From an uncultured Aliarcobacter sp. (GTDB lineage Bacteria > Campylobacterota > Campylobacteria > Campylobacterales > Arcobacteraceae), in NCBI GenBank assembly GCA_963664305.2, contig CAXXLV010000002.1, positions 256,001 through 320,000 of the forward strand: DNA of 64,000 nucleotides, given 5' to 3'. Positions 9,764-20,851 of the stretch are shown here, piece after piece; position 1 is the first letter of the stretch; each line of letters starts with the position of its first letter. The position numbers were made by a program, and so were the translations under genes. The notes beneath the pieces were generated by a model. The model worked only from the letters and a program-made list of their open reading frames with translations, was not told the origin of the DNA and ran no database searches.

Positions 9764-11377
9764 ATGGAAAATATATTATTCACGTTATTTTTAACCATAT
9801 CAATTGCAACAATTCTAAATATCATATTAAAAAAATTTGGAATTTCTCATATCATTGGTTACATAATGACAGGGACATTGATAAGTTATGGGTTTAATTT
9901 TAACGGAGTAGATATTGGTTCTTTAGAATTAATTGCTGAGTTTGGTATTGTATTTTTGATGTTTACAATTGGTCTTGAAATGAGTGTTGATAAAATCAAA
10001 AAAATGAAAGAGATACTTTTATTAAATGGTTTTTTACAAGTAACTATTAGTGCTGCATTGATATATTTGGTTGCATTTTATGTGTTTCATTTAAGTATTG
10101 AAGTTTCACTTATAGTATCTTTGGCTTTTTCTTTATCTTCAACAGCAATTGTTTTAACATACTTAAAACAATCAAAAGATATTCATACACCTTATGGAGA
10201 AAAATCAACAGCAATTTTGATATTTCAAGATTTAGCTGTAATTCCAATCCTTTTACTTATTACATTTTTAACAAATGATACATTATCAATTAGTGAAGTT
10301 TTAACAAAAACTTTTATATCAGCTGTAATTATCATTTTGTTTATGTTTACAATTGGTAAAAAATTAATCTCTTGGCTTTTGAAATTTGCTTCAAATAGTA
10401 GAATTGAAGAGTTATTTTTAGGAGCAGTTTTATCAATCGTTATAGGAACTTCTCTTTTAGCACATGAAATGGGATTTACTTACTCTTTAGGAGCATTTAT
10501 AGCTGGAATGATAATTTCTGATACGAACTTTAGTGTGAAGGTTGAATCAGATATTGCAAGTTATAAAGATTTACTTTTAGGAGCATTTTTCTTCTCGGTT
10601 GGAACAAAAATTGATGCTTTATATTTTTTAAATAACGTGCATATTATTCTAGGTATTTTTATAGCAATTATGTTTATAAAAGCGTTAGTTGTTTATGTAA
10701 TAATTAGAAGAAAAGCTGATAAGAGTACAGCTGTAAAATCAGCCCTTGCTCTTTGTCAAGTGGGAGAGTTTTCATTTGCAATATTTGCATTAGCATCAAG
10801 TAATAATTTGATTTCTCATGAAACAGCTAGTTTCTTGATTTTAGTTTCAGTATTATCAATGATTTTAACTCCATTTATTGTAAACAATATATATAAATTG
10901 GCTTCATATGTAGTTGTTGAGTTTTATGAGTCAGATAAAATTACGCCAATTAAAGCAAAAAATCACGTTGTAATTTGTGGTTTTTCTATTTTAGGAAGAG
11001 TAATAGCACGAGATTTGAGTGAAAGAAATATTCCTTTTGTAATTATTTCAGATGATTTAAGACACGTATTACTCGGAAGAAAATTAGGATATATGGCTTA
11101 TTTTGGACACTTAGATAAACTTCCTGTTTTAGAGTCATTGAAAGTTGATGAGGCTTCAAGTGTGATTATAACAGTAAGTGACACTCATATAAAAAGATTA
11201 ATTTGTGAAGCAGTTCTAAATTTTCATAAAGAAGCTAATATTTTATTAAAAATAGAATCAATAGATGAAAAGGCTCAATTAAAAGATTTAAATATTAAAA
11301 AGTTTGTACATGCTCATATAGAAGTAGGGCGATTATTGGTAGAGGAAGCTTTGAGTGTTAGAGATGAAAACAAGTAG
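9764..11377 (+). CDS. CPA2 cation:proton antiporter with TrkA-N domain (KefB/KefC-like)
   Basis: AEFGIVFLMFTIGLE, LSSTAIV, FQDLA, QVGEFSF; C-terminal RCK-like domain. Confidence 0.9.
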   Translation: MENILFTLFLTISIATILNIILKKFGISHIIGYIMTGTLISYGFNFNGVDIGSLELIAEFGIVFLMFTIGLEMSVDKIKKMKEILLLNGFLQVTISAALIYLVAFYVFHLSIEVSLIVSLAFSLSSTAIVLTYLKQSKDIHTPYGEKSTAILIFQDLAVIPILLLITFLTNDTLSISEVLTKTFISAVIIILFMFTIGKKLISWLLKFASNSRIEELFLGAVLSIVIGTSLLAHEMGFTYSLGAFIAGMIISDTNFSVKVESDIASYKDLLLGAFFFSVGTKIDALYFLNNVHIILGIFIAIMFIKALVVYVIIRRKADKSTAVKSALALCQVGEFSFAIFALASSNNLISHETASFLILVSVLSMILTPFIVNNIYKLASYVVVEFYESDKITPIKAKNHVVICGFSILGRVIARDLSERNIPFVIISDDLRHVLLGRKLGYMAYFGHLDKLPVLESLKVDEASSVIITVSDTHIKRLICEAVLNFHKEANILLKIESIDEKAQLKDLNIKKFVHAHIEVGRLLVEEALSVRDENK

Positions 11378-11381
11378 ATTT

Positions 11382-11669
11382 TTAATCTTCTTGTTCTAAA
11401 TTATGTCCGTGTTCATGCTCTTCTAAATTTTGTATAATATAGTCATATATTCTTTGGTATTCACTATCAGGAGTTTTATCTTCTTCTATAACAGCTAAAA
11501 TATTTTGAAGCTCAACTAAAAACGATTCCATTTCTTCCATAGCTTCTTTGTCATCTTCAGTTTGAGAATTTGTTTCAAGAAGTTTATATAAATCCTCAAG
11601 ATATGCTTCAACTTCAGGAATCATAAGATTTTCAACTATATCTTTTAGTTTATCTTTTATAGTTTCCAT
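11382..11669 (-). CDS. Hypothetical acidic protein
   Basis: 95-aa ORF with AAGGAA SD; C-terminal HEHGH. Confidence 0.7.
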   Translation of the reverse strand: METIKDKLKDIVENLMIPEVEAYLEDLYKLLETNSQTEDDKEAMEEMESFLVELQNILAVIEEDKTPDSEYQRIYDYIIQNLEEHEHGHNLEQED

Positions 11670-11751
11670 ATATTTCCTTTTTTTGTTTTGTAGTTTATTA
11701 TATTATCTTATTCATTTAATTTACAAATGAAATTTTTGATACAATCCCTCC

Positions 11752-12384
11752 ATGAAAAATATATTAATAATAATCAGTTTTGTTCTAACTTTAAATGCAA
11801 TAGAAATAAAGCAATTACCCTTTGATTTTGGTGAAACAAGAATTAACTTAACGAAAGAGTATATAAAAAATTCTTACGATTTAGAAGTTTCTAATATTCA
11901 TATAATTCCTAAAATAATTGTAATTCATCACACAGCAATAGATAGTTTGGAAGAATCATATGAAAGATTTAAGCCTGAAATTTTAACAAGTGATAGAAAG
12001 TATATACAAAAAGCAGGAAATCTTAATGTTTCAGCTCAATTTCTTGTAGATTTTGATGGAACAATTTATTCAACAATGCCAGAAACTTATATGGCAAGAC
12101 ATGTAATAGGGCTAAATCTTTCAAGTATTGGTATTGAAAATATTGGAGGAAATAAAAAGCCTTTAACAAAAGAGCAACTAAAAGCAAATATAAAACTTGT
12201 AAAATATTTAAAAGAGAAGTACAAAACAATAGAGTATTTGATTGGTCATTATGAATATACAAAATTTGAAAATCATTCTCTTTTTTTGGAAAAAGATAAA
12301 AATTATAGAACTATAAAACATGACCCAGATGAGAATTTTATGGAAAGTTTAAGAGCAAACTTTCCTGATTTAAAATCATTTTAA
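11752..12384 (+). CDS. N-acetylmuramoyl-L-alanine amidase (Amidase_2/PGRP family)
   Basis: Signal peptide; IVIHHT, ARHVIGLN, SIGIE and LIGHYE motifs. Confidence 0.85.
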   Translation: MKNILIIISFVLTLNAIEIKQLPFDFGETRINLTKEYIKNSYDLEVSNIHIIPKIIVIHHTAIDSLEESYERFKPEILTSDRKYIQKAGNLNVSAQFLVDFDGTIYSTMPETYMARHVIGLNLSSIGIENIGGNKKPLTKEQLKANIKLVKYLKEKYKTIEYLIGHYEYTKFENHSLFLEKDKNYRTIKHDPDENFMESLRANFPDLKSF

Positions 12385-13157
12385 AAGTGGTCTTTTATAT
12401 TTATTATTATTTCAAAAGCAATTAAAATGATAATAATCCATTCTAAAAAAGATGAATATCTATGCTTTTGTTCATCACCTAAAACATGTAAAAGTTCTTG
12501 AATAACTTCTAGTTTTTTATTTAGAACTTCTACTCTTGATTTTATATCAAGATATTTTATCAATTTTTCATATTGACTCTCATATTCTGGATATTCCCAA
12601 AAAAATTCAGGAGTATCAAGTAAATCATAGTGTAAATTCATTTTACTTTTTACTAAAAAAAGTTCTCCAATTTTTTTAGAAATCTCTTTTTTTGTAAGAT
12701 TTATTTTTCCAGTATGTGCTAATTGTAAAGGAATATTAGAATTATCTTCTATTGAAGTTAAAAGTTCTTTTTCAAATTGGTCAAGTTTTACGTTTTGAGC
12801 TAATGCTTGAGAAATAGCAATTTTTGAGATATTTGATAAATTATTTAGATAAATCGTATCAAAATTAATTTTAAATTCATTCTCTAAAGTATAATTTAAC
12901 TCTTCAATAAATGGAATTTCAAAACTATTTATCTCAAAATTTTTTACAAAATCCATAAAAAATTTAATATTTTCAAATTTTACATTCCAACAAATAAATA
13001 CACCATATTTAAATAAAATTATTTGTTCATCTTCTTCTAAATTTATGATAACAGCATCTTTGATTATATTACATTTATATCGCTCTTCTAGGCTTGTAAA
13101 GATATCTTTTTCAAATTTTTCACAACTTAAATAAGAGATTAGTTTTTTTGTTTGCAT
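12381..13157 (-). CDS. RMD1/DUF155 family protein
   Basis: FKYGVFICWN, ALAQNVKL, LLDTPEFFWE, RVEVLNKKL, LEWIII. Confidence 0.88.
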   Translation of the reverse strand: MQTKKLISYLSCEKFEKDIFTSLEERYKCNIIKDAVIINLEEDEQIILFKYGVFICWNVKFENIKFFMDFVKNFEINSFEIPFIEELNYTLENEFKINFDTIYLNNLSNISKIAISQALAQNVKLDQFEKELLTSIEDNSNIPLQLAHTGKINLTKKEISKKIGELFLVKSKMNLHYDLLDTPEFFWEYPEYESQYEKLIKYLDIKSRVEVLNKKLEVIQELLHVLGDEQKHRYSSFLEWIIIILIAFEIIINIKDHF

Positions 13158-13269
13158 ATTTTTTCCATAAAAATAATTTATAATAATTATATAACAATTG
13201 CGTTACTTTTTAGAAACAAATTGAACACTTAAAAGAAAAATTTAAGAACAGATATGTTACCTTGAAAAA

Positions 13270-14544
13270 ATGAATGATAATATAAACACAAACTCGTATA
13301 TAGATAAATTCACATTAAATCCTGTTTCTTCTCTATTTTTTGCTATAGGTTTTTTAGCAATAGGTTATGGAATGATTTTGACTTATGTGGGAGTTTATCT
13401 AAAGAATTTAGGTTTAAATGATGCAGTCATTGGTTTGATAAATGCTTCATTTTTTTTAGGCGCCATTGGCTCCTCAATACTTAGTCAAAAAATAATATCC
13501 TCCGTCGGACATATTAGAAGTTTTACAACTTTTGCTTCTTTGATGGTTATATCTTTTTTACTACAAGCTCTCTTTTTTAATGAATATCTATGGGGATTTT
13601 TACGTTTTGTCTCTGGTTTTGCTTTTTATGCACTTTTAATAATCATCGAAAGTTGGTTAAATGAAAAAAGTAGTCAAACTCACAGAGGAAAAATACTTGC
13701 GATTTATACAATTATTTTTTATCTAGCTACTGCACTTGGACAAATATTTTTAAATATTAAAGGTGATACAACTTTTATAATTTTTATAATAGGTTCTATT
13801 TTAATCCTTTTTTCTGTTCTTTTTATATCAATGACGAAAATAAAAGAACCTATTTTAAAACCTTTTGAAAAATATAGTTTTCCTAAACTTTATAGTGTAG
13901 TTCCACTTGCTCTTACAGGAAGTTTTATTGGTGGATTTTTTGTAGGTGGCTTTTTTACAATGGTACCTATTTATTTAATGCAGAAATATTCATCTATTGA
14001 AACAGTATCTCTTTTTGTGGCTTATTCAATAATTGGAGGATTGATTTCACAATGGCCAATTGGACTTTTATCTGATAAATATGGAAGAAGAAAAATTATA
14101 GCGTACAGTGGTTTTTATATTTTTATAATATCTTTACTTTTTTTATTTTCATCATTTTTTGATGAGTATATCTATTTTTTAGGAATATTTTTAGGTTTTT
14201 CTATTTTTAGTATTTATCCTTTATCTCTTGCGCGGGCAAATGATGTCGTTGATGAAAATAAAGATATTGTTGAAATAAGTAGAACTTTACTTTTTGCCTA
14301 TGGATTAGGTTCATTCATAGCTCCTATTATTTTAGGTATTGGACTTTTTTATTATTTAGAGTTTATCTTTCTAATATTTGCTATTTTAGGAATATTTTTA
14401 GGTTTTTATTCTTTATCAAAAAAACGTGTAGCAGATGATGATATGAGTATATTTGTAAATATTCCAGTAGCTTCAGGAAGTGTAGTTGTGGAGTTAGACC
14501 CAAGACAAAATTTAGAAAAAGAAAAGGAAAATAATGAAAAATAA
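13270..14544 (+). CDS. MFS transporter (YcaD-like)
   Basis: About 12 TM segments; VGHIRSF, IIESWLN, SDKYGRR. Confidence 0.85.
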   Translation: MNDNINTNSYIDKFTLNPVSSLFFAIGFLAIGYGMILTYVGVYLKNLGLNDAVIGLINASFFLGAIGSSILSQKIISSVGHIRSFTTFASLMVISFLLQALFFNEYLWGFLRFVSGFAFYALLIIIESWLNEKSSQTHRGKILAIYTIIFYLATALGQIFLNIKGDTTFIIFIIGSILILFSVLFISMTKIKEPILKPFEKYSFPKLYSVVPLALTGSFIGGFFVGGFFTMVPIYLMQKYSSIETVSLFVAYSIIGGLISQWPIGLLSDKYGRRKIIAYSGFYIFIISLLFLFSSFFDEYIYFLGIFLGFSIFSIYPLSLARANDVVDENKDIVEISRTLLFAYGLGSFIAPIILGIGLFYYLEFIFLIFAILGIFLGFYSLSKKRVADDDMSIFVNIPVASGSVVVELDPRQNLEKEKENNEK

Positions 14545-16534
14545 TTTAAAAACAACAATTTTAAAACCAGTATTTTTACCCTCAGTTATTTTTATAGTAA
14601 TATTAGTAACTTTTGCAATTTTTATACCTCAATTAGCAAATGAAGTTTTTACAAATGTTAAAAATTTTGTAGCAGATAAATTTGGATGGCTTTATATGTT
14701 AAGTGTAGGTATTTTTACTATATTTGCACTTTTTTTAGCTGTTTCTCCCTTTGGAAAATTTAAATTAGGACCAGATCAGTCAAAACCAGTTTATAGTAAT
14801 CTTTCGTGGCTTGCTATGCTTTTTTCAGCTGGAATGGGAATAGGGCTTATGTTTTGGAGTGTTGCAGAACCAGTTATGCATTATGTGTCACCTCCTGTAG
14901 GAACAGCTCAAAGTATTGATTCAGCAAAAATGGCAATGAATATTTTATTTTTCCATTGGGGATTACATGCTTGGGCAATTTATGCAATAGTTGGTCTTGT
15001 TTTAGCATATTTCTCTTTTAGACATGGTTTACCTTTATCTATTAGGTCAGCTTTATATCCCTTAATTGGAGATAGGATTTTTGGAAAGATTGGTCATAGT
15101 GTTGATACAATCGCTGTTTTAGGTACAGTTTTTGGTGTTGCTACATCTTTAGGATTTGGTGTATTACAAATTAATTCTGGATTAAACTATCTTTTTGATG
15201 TTCCTGTTGGAATTACAACTCAAATTATTTTAATAGCATTAATTACTGCAATCGCAACTATTTCAGTTGTTTTAGGTTTAGATGGAGGTATTAAAAGATT
15301 ATCTGAATTAAATCTTTATTTAGCAGTTTTTTTACTTTTATTTATATTTTTAGCTGGACCTACATTTTTTTTATTAAATACATTAATTCAAAATATTGGT
15401 TCATATTTTTCAAATATCGTATTTATGACTTTTAACCAATACTCGTATGATATAACTTCTTCTTGGATGAGTTCTTGGACTCTATTTTATTGGGCTTGGT
15501 GGATAGCTTGGGCTCCCTTTGTTGGAATGTTTATAGCAAGAGTTTCAAGGGGAAGAACAATTAGAGAGTTTGTTATTGGAGTTTTATTTGTACCCGTTGG
15601 ATTTACTTTTATTTGGATGACAGTCTTTGGAAATAGTGCTTTATATTCTATTATGAATGAAAGTTTTACTCTTTTATCAACTGCTGTTTCAGCTGATGTT
15701 TCAACAGCACTTTTTAAATTTTTAGAGCATTTTCCATTTTCAAATTTTGTATCTATTATTGCAATTATTTTAGTAGTTACATTTTTTGTTACATCTTCTG
15801 ATTCTGGTTCTTTAGTTGTAGATACAATAGCTTCAGGGGGAAGAGTAAATAATCCAGTTTGGCAAAGAATATTTTGGGCTCTTAGTCAAGGAGTTGTAGC
15901 AATTGCTCTTTTACTAGCAGGTGGTCTTCAAACTTTACAATCAGCATCAATAATCATAGCTTTGCCTTTTGTTTTTGTTATGTTAATTGCTTGTTGGGGA
16001 ACTTATAAGGCTTTAAGTTTAGAAACAATTAGAAATGAAAGTTTACAACATCATATGAATGCTGGTCGTCATGGAAAAATAAGTGGAACATGGCAATCAA
16101 GATTAAGTAGAATAATAGAATTTCCAAAAGTTGAAGAGACGAAAAGATTTATAAATGAAGATGTTATAAGTGCAATGAATTTAGTGAAAAATGAACTTTC
16201 TAAATATTCATGGAATGTGGAAGTTTCAAATGATAAAATAAATGCAATTTCAATTATAAGAGTTGAACACTCTGATGATTTTGACTTTATTTATGAAGTT
16301 AGAGCAAAAAATTATGATACTCCAAGTTATGCTTATCCTGAATCAGTAAATCCTACAAAAGCACAAAAAAAATATGCAAGAGCCGAAGTTTTTTTACAAG
16401 ATGGAAATAAAGCTTATGATATTTATGGATATGATGAAGATGTGATAGCAACGGATATAATTGACCAGTTTGAAAAACATAGACACTTTTTAAATAATAC
16501 TTCTAGTTTAAATCCAGTAGTACCAATTAATTAA
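14534..16534 (+). CDS. betT: BCCT family choline/glycine betaine transporter
   Basis: MLFSAGMGIGL, FHWGLHAW, WTLFYWAWWIAWAPFVGMFIARVSRGRT; long BetT-type C-terminal domain. Confidence 0.92.
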   Translation: MKNNLKTTILKPVFLPSVIFIVILVTFAIFIPQLANEVFTNVKNFVADKFGWLYMLSVGIFTIFALFLAVSPFGKFKLGPDQSKPVYSNLSWLAMLFSAGMGIGLMFWSVAEPVMHYVSPPVGTAQSIDSAKMAMNILFFHWGLHAWAIYAIVGLVLAYFSFRHGLPLSIRSALYPLIGDRIFGKIGHSVDTIAVLGTVFGVATSLGFGVLQINSGLNYLFDVPVGITTQIILIALITAIATISVVLGLDGGIKRLSELNLYLAVFLLLFIFLAGPTFFLLNTLIQNIGSYFSNIVFMTFNQYSYDITSSWMSSWTLFYWAWWIAWAPFVGMFIARVSRGRTIREFVIGVLFVPVGFTFIWMTVFGNSALYSIMNESFTLLSTAVSADVSTALFKFLEHFPFSNFVSIIAIILVVTFFVTSSDSGSLVVDTIASGGRVNNPVWQRIFWALSQGVVAIALLLAGGLQTLQSASIIIALPFVFVMLIACWGTYKALSLETIRNESLQHHMNAGRHGKISGTWQSRLSRIIEFPKVEETKRFINEDVISAMNLVKNELSKYSWNVEVSNDKINAISIIRVEHSDDFDFIYEVRAKNYDTPSYAYPESVNPTKAQKKYARAEVFLQDGNKAYDIYGYDEDVIATDIIDQFEKHRHFLNNTSSLNPVVPIN

Positions 16535-16538
16535 GATT

Positions 16539-16573
16539 AACAATCAGAAGTTTTAAGACTTCTGATTGTTTTT
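16539..16573. terminator. Intrinsic terminator between convergent betT and glucan synthase
   Basis: 13-bp stem AACAATCAGAAGT/ACTTCTGATTGTT followed by a T-run. Confidence 0.7.
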
Positions 16574-19084
16574 GATAGAGTAAACTTCTAAATATCTCAT
16601 AATAATTGCTGAGATATAAGGAATACTTTGAATAAAAATAGTTGCAGCAAATACATAGATTTCTGTAATACCAGTTTTATTAGTAAAAATTAAAGCAAAG
16701 AATGAAGCTAATAATAAAACTCCAAGAATTGTTTCATGTTTTATTGGATTAGCACTTTTTTTAGCCGCTTTTCCACCTTTTTGAGTTCTTTTAAATGGTA
16801 ATCCATCTTTAACAAATCCATCATAAACAGCTTTGAAAATAATAAGTTGTAAACTCATAGAAGCTATTGAACTTAAAATAGTATTTTTAATACTTGTTTT
16901 TACTTTCATTCTATATAAAATAAATGTATGTAAAATATTTACCAAAAATGCTGTAATAATTGGAATAGTCAATGGAATTGTTGGAATTGTCACCCCAACA
17001 AAAATGATAACTGGAACCCAAATAATATTCATAATAGCCATAACAGGACCCATAGCATCACTTAACCAGAAGAACCAACCAGCTACGAATTTTTTCTTTT
17101 GATTTGGAGTTAATTTATTTGCTGATGGTTTAAACTCTTTCCAGTGTTTTTTAAGAATTTGAATTGCTCCATAAGCCCATCTATGTCTTTGTGTTTTAAA
17201 TGCTTCAACAGTATCAGGAAGTAATCCATAACCATATCTTCTATTTGTATAGTGAGCAATATATCCAGCTTCAAATAGTCTTAATCCTAATTCACTATCT
17301 TCAACAATTGTGTCAGTTCCCCAACCACCAACTTCCATCATAGCACTTAGTCTTACCATTACCATTGTTCCATGAACAACAATAGCGTTTTCTTCATTTC
17401 TATCAATCATACCAATATCAAAGAAACCAGCATATTCTGCATTCATAGCTGCTTTAATAATTGATTCATCACCATCTCTATGATCTTGAGGAGCTTGAAC
17501 AATAGCAACTTTTGGGTCATCAAATAAAGGAACTAAATCTACTAACCAAGGTGACTCAACTACATAATCAGCATCAATAACTGCAATAATTTCAGCTCTT
17601 TTATCTGTTTGTTCAAGTGCTGCATTTAGAGCACCAGCTTTAAATCCAGTACATGTAATATTCATAAATACAAATTTTTCACCTAACTCTTCACACAATT
17701 TTTCAATTGGTTTCCAGTAGAATTCTTCTGGTGTGTTATTGATAATAACAAGAACTTCATAATTTGGATATTTAAGTCTACTTAATGCTCTTAATGTCTC
17801 TTCTAAAACATGAGGTTGTTCTTTATAAGCTGGAACATGAATAGAAACAAAAGGTGCATTTTCTGATCTTAAATCAAGTGGTACTAATCTTGTTGGAGGA
17901 GTTCCAATTGAACATTTAAATAATTCATTAGCTTTTGCAAGAGTAATAATAACTAATGGAATCATTAAGAAAGTTCCCATTCCCCACATTACCCACATAC
18001 CAAAGTTCATATAGTTTGTGAATGGATAAATAACAGCCATTACAATACCAAATGCCATACCTTGTGCTGCAATTGCATAAGCTATTGAGTGACTTAAATT
18101 TAATCTTTGATTTCTTAAACCATAAAGAGTGATTAATGCCCCAATTATAATGGCAGCAATCATTTGATATAACCAATATTGATTTAATTCAATGTCACCA
18201 TTTAAATTAAATTTTAGTTCTCTATCAGATGTAAAAATTCCCCAATATTGTCCAACATTTCCTTCATCATAACCTTTCCATTGTTGGTCAAATGCTTCGA
18301 TTATGTTATATGTCCATCCATTTTCTTTTGCAAGGTTAATAAATCCTCTAATAGCCATAGCTTGGTTTTTTAAACTAGGAACTGCACCTCTATTATTATA
18401 ACCATGACTTGGCCAACCTGTTTCACCAATTGCTATTTTTTTATTTGGATGAATGTTTTTTACAAGATTGTATTTTTCAACTACAAATGAGTTGTATTGG
18501 TCAATAGGAATTTTTTCCCAATAAGGTAAGATATGAATTGTTAAAAAGTCAACATGTTTAGCAAGTTCTGGAACTCTTTCCCAAACATCCCAAGTTTCAG
18601 CAGTTGTGATTGGTTTATCTGTATATTCTCTCATAAAATCAATATAAGCCATAAGTTCAACTTCAGTTATATCAGCTCTTAAAAGAGTTTCATTTCCAAC
18701 TATTACATTTGCAATAGAATCAGGATATTTTTCAAGTAACTTAATTGCTCTTTCAATTTCTTTGAAGTTTTCTTTTAAATCACCACTTAACCAAAGTCCT
18801 AAATCAATAGGCATATCAGTTTTAGAAGTTACTTCTAAAATAGCTTTTGCTTCTGAAGCTGCATATGTTCTAACTTTGTTTGTGAAATGTGACAACATAC
18901 TAATGTCATCTTCAATTTGTTGATATGACAACATTTTTTTATCATATCCCTCATATGGAGAATACGAAAGTGACTCAATTTTGTCAAAAGAGTCTTCAGA
19001 TAAAGACACACGATTATCTTGAGTAATCCAAAAGAATACTTGAAATAATCCTGCCATAATAAGACCTAAGATAATATATCTCAA
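16553..19084 (-). CDS. GH17-GT2 fusion glucan synthase (Pseudomonas NdvB-like)
   Basis: N-terminal GH17-like domain (VGNE, IGETGWPS, EAFDQQWK); GT2 domain with FKAGALN, DAD, VEDSE and QRHRW. Confidence 0.85.
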   Translation of the reverse strand: MRYIILGLIMAGLFQVFFWITQDNRVSLSEDSFDKIESLSYSPYEGYDKKMLSYQQIEDDISMLSHFTNKVRTYAASEAKAILEVTSKTDMPIDLGLWLSGDLKENFKEIERAIKLLEKYPDSIANVIVGNETLLRADITEVELMAYIDFMREYTDKPITTAETWDVWERVPELAKHVDFLTIHILPYWEKIPIDQYNSFVVEKYNLVKNIHPNKKIAIGETGWPSHGYNNRGAVPSLKNQAMAIRGFINLAKENGWTYNIIEAFDQQWKGYDEGNVGQYWGIFTSDRELKFNLNGDIELNQYWLYQMIAAIIIGALITLYGLRNQRLNLSHSIAYAIAAQGMAFGIVMAVIYPFTNYMNFGMWVMWGMGTFLMIPLVIITLAKANELFKCSIGTPPTRLVPLDLRSENAPFVSIHVPAYKEQPHVLEETLRALSRLKYPNYEVLVIINNTPEEFYWKPIEKLCEELGEKFVFMNITCTGFKAGALNAALEQTDKRAEIIAVIDADYVVESPWLVDLVPLFDDPKVAIVQAPQDHRDGDESIIKAAMNAEYAGFFDIGMIDRNEENAIVVHGTMVMVRLSAMMEVGGWGTDTIVEDSELGLRLFEAGYIAHYTNRRYGYGLLPDTVEAFKTQRHRWAYGAIQILKKHWKEFKPSANKLTPNQKKKFVAGWFFWLSDAMGPVMAIMNIIWVPVIIFVGVTIPTIPLTIPIITAFLVNILHTFILYRMKVKTSIKNTILSSIASMSLQLIIFKAVYDGFVKDGLPFKRTQKGGKAAKKSANPIKHETILGVLLLASFFALIFTNKTGITEIYVFAATIFIQSIPYISAIIMRYLEVYSIKNNQKS

Positions 19085-19194
19085 CTTAGTTTCCTTTAAT
19101 AATAAATAATGGCGAATATTAACATTTTTTAGTTTATTTTTGTTAATAAAATGAAATTAAATTGAGATAGATGGTTTAATTTTGTTTATTTTTA

Positions 19195-19677
19195 TTAGAT
19201 TAGTCTGTTTTTTGTAACAATTACTCCATCATTATCTGCATAAATATAATCACCATTATTAAAAGTTACTCCTTCAAAATTCAGTTCTACATCTCTTGAA
19301 GATTCAGTTTTTTCAAAATTTCTTAAAGGACAAGTTCCAATTGCATATAATCCAACATCAATATTTTTAGTTTCATCTGTATCTCTTACATAACCATTTA
19401 AAATAATTGCTTGCCAGTTATTATTTTTTGCAAAAGTCATTAATTTATCACCAACTACTCCAAAAAATTCTTGAGAATTGTCAACAACTACAATTTTACC
19501 TTCTCCATCTTCATCTCTTAACATTTCAAGTAATCTCCAGTTACTTTTATCTAATTTTACAGTTACTATTTGTCCACTAAATTTTTTTAGTCCACCATAG
19601 TTTTTAAATTTTGAAGATAATACTTGTATATTTTTATCTCTGTTATCATCACATAAATCTGCTGTTTGAATGTTCAT
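19195..19677 (-). CDS. rraA: RraA-family protein / HMG aldolase
   Basis: TADLCD, GYVRD and DYIYADNDG motifs. Confidence 0.88.
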   Translation of the reverse strand: MNIQTADLCDDNRDKNIQVLSSKFKNYGGLKKFSGQIVTVKLDKSNWRLLEMLRDEDGEGKIVVVDNSQEFFGVVGDKLMTFAKNNNWQAIILNGYVRDTDETKNIDVGLYAIGTCPLRNFEKTESSRDVELNFEGVTFNNGDYIYADNDGVIVTKNRLI

Positions 19678-19854
19678 TTCTTTTCCTTCTCTCCTAAGTT
19701 ATAATGTAATAGTAATCAAAACAAATGTATAAAAAGTGTATAAATTAAAAAAAAATAAAATTTTTAAACTAATTTTTAAAGATAAGCAAAAAAGTAACAA
19801 TGTGATAATTATATGAAATATTATATAATCCCAAAAAAATTTATGTGAGAAAAA

Positions 19855-20784
19855 ATGAAAAAATTTACCCAAGAAACAATGTTTGAGATAATTTCTTATT
19901 TAGAAAATGAGTTGAAAGAAAAAGATGAGATTTTATTTGAAGTATTAAATCCAGATATAAAAATTGATATTTATGCAGGAGAAATTTACAAAAAAGAAAA
20001 TGAGAAATTTATTTATAGGTCATATAAATCTTGGTGTGATTTAGCTGAATTGCTTTTTTGTAAAATGTTAATAGAGTCTTTAAATAAAGATATTGTAGTT
20101 TTGAAATTTCAAAAGTTAAATAAATTTGATTCTTTTCATAATGATACAAATGATGAAAAAAATGAGAAATATGGTGAAGATTCTACATTTTTTAGAATAA
20201 ATAAAAATGAAGAACCAGTTTTTTTGTATTCATATATGAAAGCATTAATAAATGTAAAAATAGAAGAGAAAAAAAATATTTTGAATTTAGGAATAAATAA
20301 AGCAGATGAGTTTGAAGTTATAAAAGAACTTTTAGATGAAGAAACTTTAAAAAATATTTCATTTACCGGAATTGATTATTCATCAAGTGCAATAGAATTT
20401 GCAAAAAAAAGATTTCCAAGTGAAAATTTCAATTTTTATACCCATGATATAAATAAATTGAGTGAGTTAAATTTAAAAAAAGCAGATTTAATAATTTCAA
20501 TTGGAACATTACAAAGTTCAGGATTAAATTTTAAACTATTATTTATGGATTTAATTCAAAACTATTTGGAAGATAAGGGTTCTATAATTTTAGGTTTTCC
20601 AAATTGTAGATGGATTAATGGAGAAATGATTTATGGAGCAAAGGCTCCAAACTATTCTTATAGTGAACAATCAATTTTATATAAAGATGTATATTTTTGT
20701 AAAAAATATTTACAACAAAAAAAATATAGAGTCACTTTAACTGGAAAAAACTATCTTTTTCTGACAGCAACTTCTATAAAATAA
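19855..20784 (+). CDS. Class I SAM-dependent methyltransferase-like protein
   Basis: ILNLGIN, FTGIDYS and DLIISIGTL in the C-terminal half; N-terminal region not recognised. Confidence 0.7.
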   Translation: MKKFTQETMFEIISYLENELKEKDEILFEVLNPDIKIDIYAGEIYKKENEKFIYRSYKSWCDLAELLFCKMLIESLNKDIVVLKFQKLNKFDSFHNDTNDEKNEKYGEDSTFFRINKNEEPVFLYSYMKALINVKIEEKKNILNLGINKADEFEVIKELLDEETLKNISFTGIDYSSSAIEFAKKRFPSENFNFYTHDINKLSELNLKKADLIISIGTLQSSGLNFKLLFMDLIQNYLEDKGSIILGFPNCRWINGEMIYGAKAPNYSYSEQSILYKDVYFCKKYLQQKKYRVTLTGKNYLFLTATSIK

Positions 20785-20851
20785 TAAAAATTTAGTTTCT
20801 TTATCTATTTTTTTTTGTTACAATTAGTTATATAAATTTAAGGAGTCTATT

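Noticed and set aside
13178..13192. Per/Fur-like box TTATAATAATTATAT before the RMD1 gene
   Set aside because: A single all-AT match that overlaps a likely -10 box; expected by chance in this genome.
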